This document shows, in pieces, positions 15,930 to 18,559 of a stretch of 18,559 nucleotides of DNA. The first letter of the stretch is position 1. The number at the start of each line of letters is the position of its first letter. The position numbers were made by a program, and so were the translations under genes. Under the pieces are notes generated by a model, which worked only from the letters and a program-made list of their open reading frames with translations, did no database searches and was not told the DNA's origin. This DNA comes from a bacterium (lineage in GTDB: Bacteria > Zhuqueibacterota > Zhuqueibacteria > Oceanimicrobiales > Oceanimicrobiaceae), in NCBI GenBank assembly GCA_046757025.1, contig JBHHXN010000103.1:1-18559 (forward strand), written 5' to 3'.

Positions 15930-17888
15930 ATGGAAACGAGACATTTGAACAAGATTTATGCCATCGCCAGCTTGCTCTTTTTGGCGGTGCTGGCCATCTC
16001 TCCCACCAAGGATTATTTCACTGAGTGGCGTAGCTATCAGAAAAAATATAATGAATTGCTTTCCAGACAACCACGCAGAATCAAACCGGTGGAAATAAAT
16101 ATCAAACAAATCTGGAACATAGAGTTGGACCGGGTGGATCGCTGCACATCTTGCCACCTGGGAATGGAGGAAATTGGTTTGACTGGGGCTGAACAACCAT
16201 TTACCAGACACCCTCAGATTTATCATGATTTGAATGAAATGGGTTGCACGATTTGTCATCAAGGTCAGGGTCTGGCCACTTCTGCGGAAAAGGCGCACGA
16301 CGGCCGACCCTACTGGGAAGAGCCGCTTCTGCCAAAAACTTACCTGGAAGCTTCCTGTGGCCGTTGCCATCTCGAAGAAACCGTTAAGGATGCCCCCACC
16401 TTGAGCTACGGTCGACGGCTTATTCGAGAGTATAATTGCGCCGCTTGTCATGAAATCGGTAACTTGAAAAAGGGATACGCTCCGCAATTGGACGGCATCG
16501 GCGATAAAACCAACCGCGGCTGGCTGGTGCGCTGGTTGCGGGATCCCAAGGCCTTCCGACCCGAAACCAAAATGCCGGACTTCAAGCTCGGTGAAAAAGA
16601 AGCGGAGTGGCTGGCTGATTTTCTGATGACGTTTAAATCGTATCCTGACAATCAAACGCTCGAACCGTTACCGCTTGAATTGCAGGAAGAATACCCTCCG
16701 GAAGAATTGGTGGAATTGGGAAAGACGCGTTTTAGAGAGGCGCGCTGTATCAGTTGTCACCTGGTGGATGGCAAAGGCGGTCCCCTGGCACCCGATCTCG
16801 TAAAGGTCGCCAGCAAGGCCAAACCGGCCTGGCTGTACTCTTACATACTGCATCCCCACAGCTTCCAGCCCGATGTGGAAATGCCACAATATGGTTTCAC
16901 TCCTAAAGAGGCACAGGCCGTCACCGCTTACATGATGAGTGAATTTGTGGATTGGGATGCACCCGAAGACACCGTAGAACATACTCCGGAGCGCGGTTTC
17001 TATGAAAAAGGATTGCAGCTATTCGACAAATATAATTGCGGCGGGTGCCATGAGCTGAGCGGAGTGAAAAGAGTGGAAAATCTCGGTCCGGCGCTCACGG
17101 ACATCGGCGACCGACCACTCTATCAGTTAGAGTTTGGCAGCTCTGATTTACCCAGAACACTGCCGTCCTACATCTACCACAAGCTTAAAAATCCACGTCA
17201 GTTTCTCCAGAGCGCGCGCATGCCCATCTACGGTTTTGAAGAGGAAGAACTGCGAGCCATCACCACCGCGCTCCTGGCTATGACCCGAAGCGAGCTACCG
17301 CAAAAATACCTCGTTGCTGCTCAACCCGAACCCGCCTTCGAACCTCAGGGGGATTTTGGCCGGTTGGTAAAAAAATACGCCTGTTTTTCCTGTCACGTCA
17401 TCCAGGAGCGGGGGTTTCTTCTGGCTACCGACCTGACCAGAGAAGGCAGTCAGGTGCAAAAAAAGTGGTTGCCAAATTATTTCAAGATACCCTACTCCAT
17501 GCGACCCATTTTAACCGAACGCATGCCCAATCTTTTCATGTCAGACGCGGAAATTCAAACTGTGGTCGATTATTTCAACCTGGTGCTGCGCGACGATACG
17601 ATTGAATCGATACAGATTGCGGTAAATGACACTGCGCTCATTTCCGAAGGGGAGAATCTTTTTTTCGAGAAATACGGATGTCAGGCCTGTCACCAGGTTG
17701 GCGGCAAAGGCGGTTATGTGGGTCCACCTCTGGATCACACCGGTGAACGGATGACGCCGGGCTGGGTCTATCGCTGGCTCATGAATCCGCAGAAGTACTA
17801 TCCGGATACCATCGAGCCCAGGGCCGGTTTGACGGATCCGCAAGCCCGAGCCATCACGGCTTACCTGATGAATTTGAAAGGAGAGTAG
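15930..17888 (+). CDS. Membrane-anchored octaheme cytochrome c subunit of the Rieske/cytb complex
   Basis: N-terminal TM. Eight CxxCH motifs: CTSCH, CTICH, CGRCH, CAACH, CISCH, CGGCH, CFSCH, CQACH. AAGGA RBS before ATG 15930. Confidence 0.93.
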   Translation: METRHLNKIYAIASLLFLAVLAISPTKDYFTEWRSYQKKYNELLSRQPRRIKPVEINIKQIWNIELDRVDRCTSCHLGMEEIGLTGAEQPFTRHPQIYHDLNEMGCTICHQGQGLATSAEKAHDGRPYWEEPLLPKTYLEASCGRCHLEETVKDAPTLSYGRRLIREYNCAACHEIGNLKKGYAPQLDGIGDKTNRGWLVRWLRDPKAFRPETKMPDFKLGEKEAEWLADFLMTFKSYPDNQTLEPLPLELQEEYPPEELVELGKTRFREARCISCHLVDGKGGPLAPDLVKVASKAKPAWLYSYILHPHSFQPDVEMPQYGFTPKEAQAVTAYMMSEFVDWDAPEDTVEHTPERGFYEKGLQLFDKYNCGGCHELSGVKRVENLGPALTDIGDRPLYQLEFGSSDLPRTLPSYIYHKLKNPRQFLQSARMPIYGFEEEELRAITTALLAMTRSELPQKYLVAAQPEPAFEPQGDFGRLVKKYACFSCHVIQERGFLLATDLTREGSQVQKKWLPNYFKIPYSMRPILTERMPNLFMSDAEIQTVVDYFNLVLRDDTIESIQIAVNDTALISEGENLFFEKYGCQACHQVGGKGGYVGPPLDHTGERMTPGWVYRWLMNPQKYYPDTIEPRAGLTDPQARAITAYLMNLKGE

Positions 17889-17893
17889 AGGGC

Positions 17894-18370
17894 ATGTGTA
17901 AAATTGTTTCCGCCTTTGTTATGGCGCTGTGGATGATTACTTTCTCTTGCCAGCAGAAAAACAGCTCGGAACACGATTCGAGTCCTGCAGCGGATTCATT
18001 AGTCACACGCACGATGAATCCGCCACCTCAGTCTGAAATGACGAGTGCTTTGCAGCTCAATTACGCTGAACAAAATGGCAAACTGCTCTACGAAAAGTAT
18101 TGTTCGATTTGTCACGGCCTACAGGGTCAGGGCGACGGATTCAATGCGTACAATTTAGATCCCCGACCAAAAGATCTCACTGCAAGCGGCTATTTGGATT
18201 CCGTGAGCGACGCCTGGTTGATGGAAGCAATCGGCCAGGGGGGGCGCGGCGTCAAACGCTCCGTTCTGATGCCAGCCTACGAAAACACCCTCACCAAACA
18301 TCAAATCGAAAATGTTGTTGGTTACTTGCGTTATCTTTCACGTAGAGGATCAAATATTCCTCAAAAGTGA
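17894..18370 (+). CDS. Monoheme class I cytochrome c lipoprotein
   Basis: GGAG RBS. Lipobox-like ITFS-C. GKLLYEKYCSICHG...GDG...PRPKDL...MPAY. Confidence 0.88.
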   Translation: MCKIVSAFVMALWMITFSCQQKNSSEHDSSPAADSLVTRTMNPPPQSEMTSALQLNYAEQNGKLLYEKYCSICHGLQGQGDGFNAYNLDPRPKDLTASGYLDSVSDAWLMEAIGQGGRGVKRSVLMPAYENTLTKHQIENVVGYLRYLSRRGSNIPQK

Positions 18371-18504
18371 ATTTCAATCCACAACCGATTTGTGTCTATT
18401 TAATCATCCTTAATAATTCATGAAAGCCCTGCCGAATCCCCTTTCTATTTGCCAGCGGGTATAAAATTTGAGCTTGAATTTGGTTTCGAAAATGGGAGAT
18501 TGAC

Positions 18505-18559
18505 TGTCAGGGGGCACTTAAACTGTACCACCTGCGGGCAGATCAAAGTGTACCACCTT
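18505..18559 (+). mobile_element. Probable IS21-family terminal repeat (element truncated by the window end)
   Basis: Begins TGTCA, then tandem imperfect repeats GGGCACTTAAACTGTACCACCT (18512-18533) and GGGCAGATCAAAGTGTACCACCT (18536-18558). A TG terminus with multiple internal ~20-bp repeats is typical of IS21 ends. No transposase is visible. Confidence 0.65.

Noticed and set aside
174..18345. Numerous antisense and alternate-frame ORFs (for example 4311-4880 and 15924-16655)
   Set aside because: They lie within or largely overlap well-supported + strand genes and carry no motifs, so they are treated as shadow ORFs.
18512..18558. CRISPR array
   Set aside because: Only two imperfect repeats separated by 2 bp, with no spacers and no cas genes.

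Overview
Bacterial, Gram-negative (outer-membrane barrel, lipoprotein and Tat/Sec signals) respiratory locus with all credible genes on the + strand. In order: the 3' end of hypE, an HX4DH-type Ni/Co permease, and a Cache/HAMP/PAS histidine kinase with a sigma54 (NtrC-family) response regulator. A sigma54-type promoter with paired upstream inverted repeats follows. Downstream lies a ~13 kb electron-transfer cluster: a Cyc2-like monoheme cytochrome-porin, a type-1 copper cupredoxin, a stand-alone cNMP-binding protein, an orphan CuA protein, a NapH-like polyferredoxin membrane protein, an 8-Cys mini-protein, a CuA-cytochrome c fusion, a GltD/NfnB-like FAD/Fe-S NAD(P) oxidoreductase, a Rieske/cytochrome b6/subunit IV complex (APWY instead of PEWY), an octaheme cytochrome c and a monoheme lipoprotein. 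The window ends in what looks like an IS21-family terminal repeat. The main hypothesis, which is inference, is a single-locus conduit linking the cell exterior (Cyc2-like porin) through copper and heme carriers to an anammox-style NAD(P)-coupled Rieske/cytb complex, with no terminal oxidase or reductase catalytic subunit in view. All calls come from motif reading only; no database searches were run.
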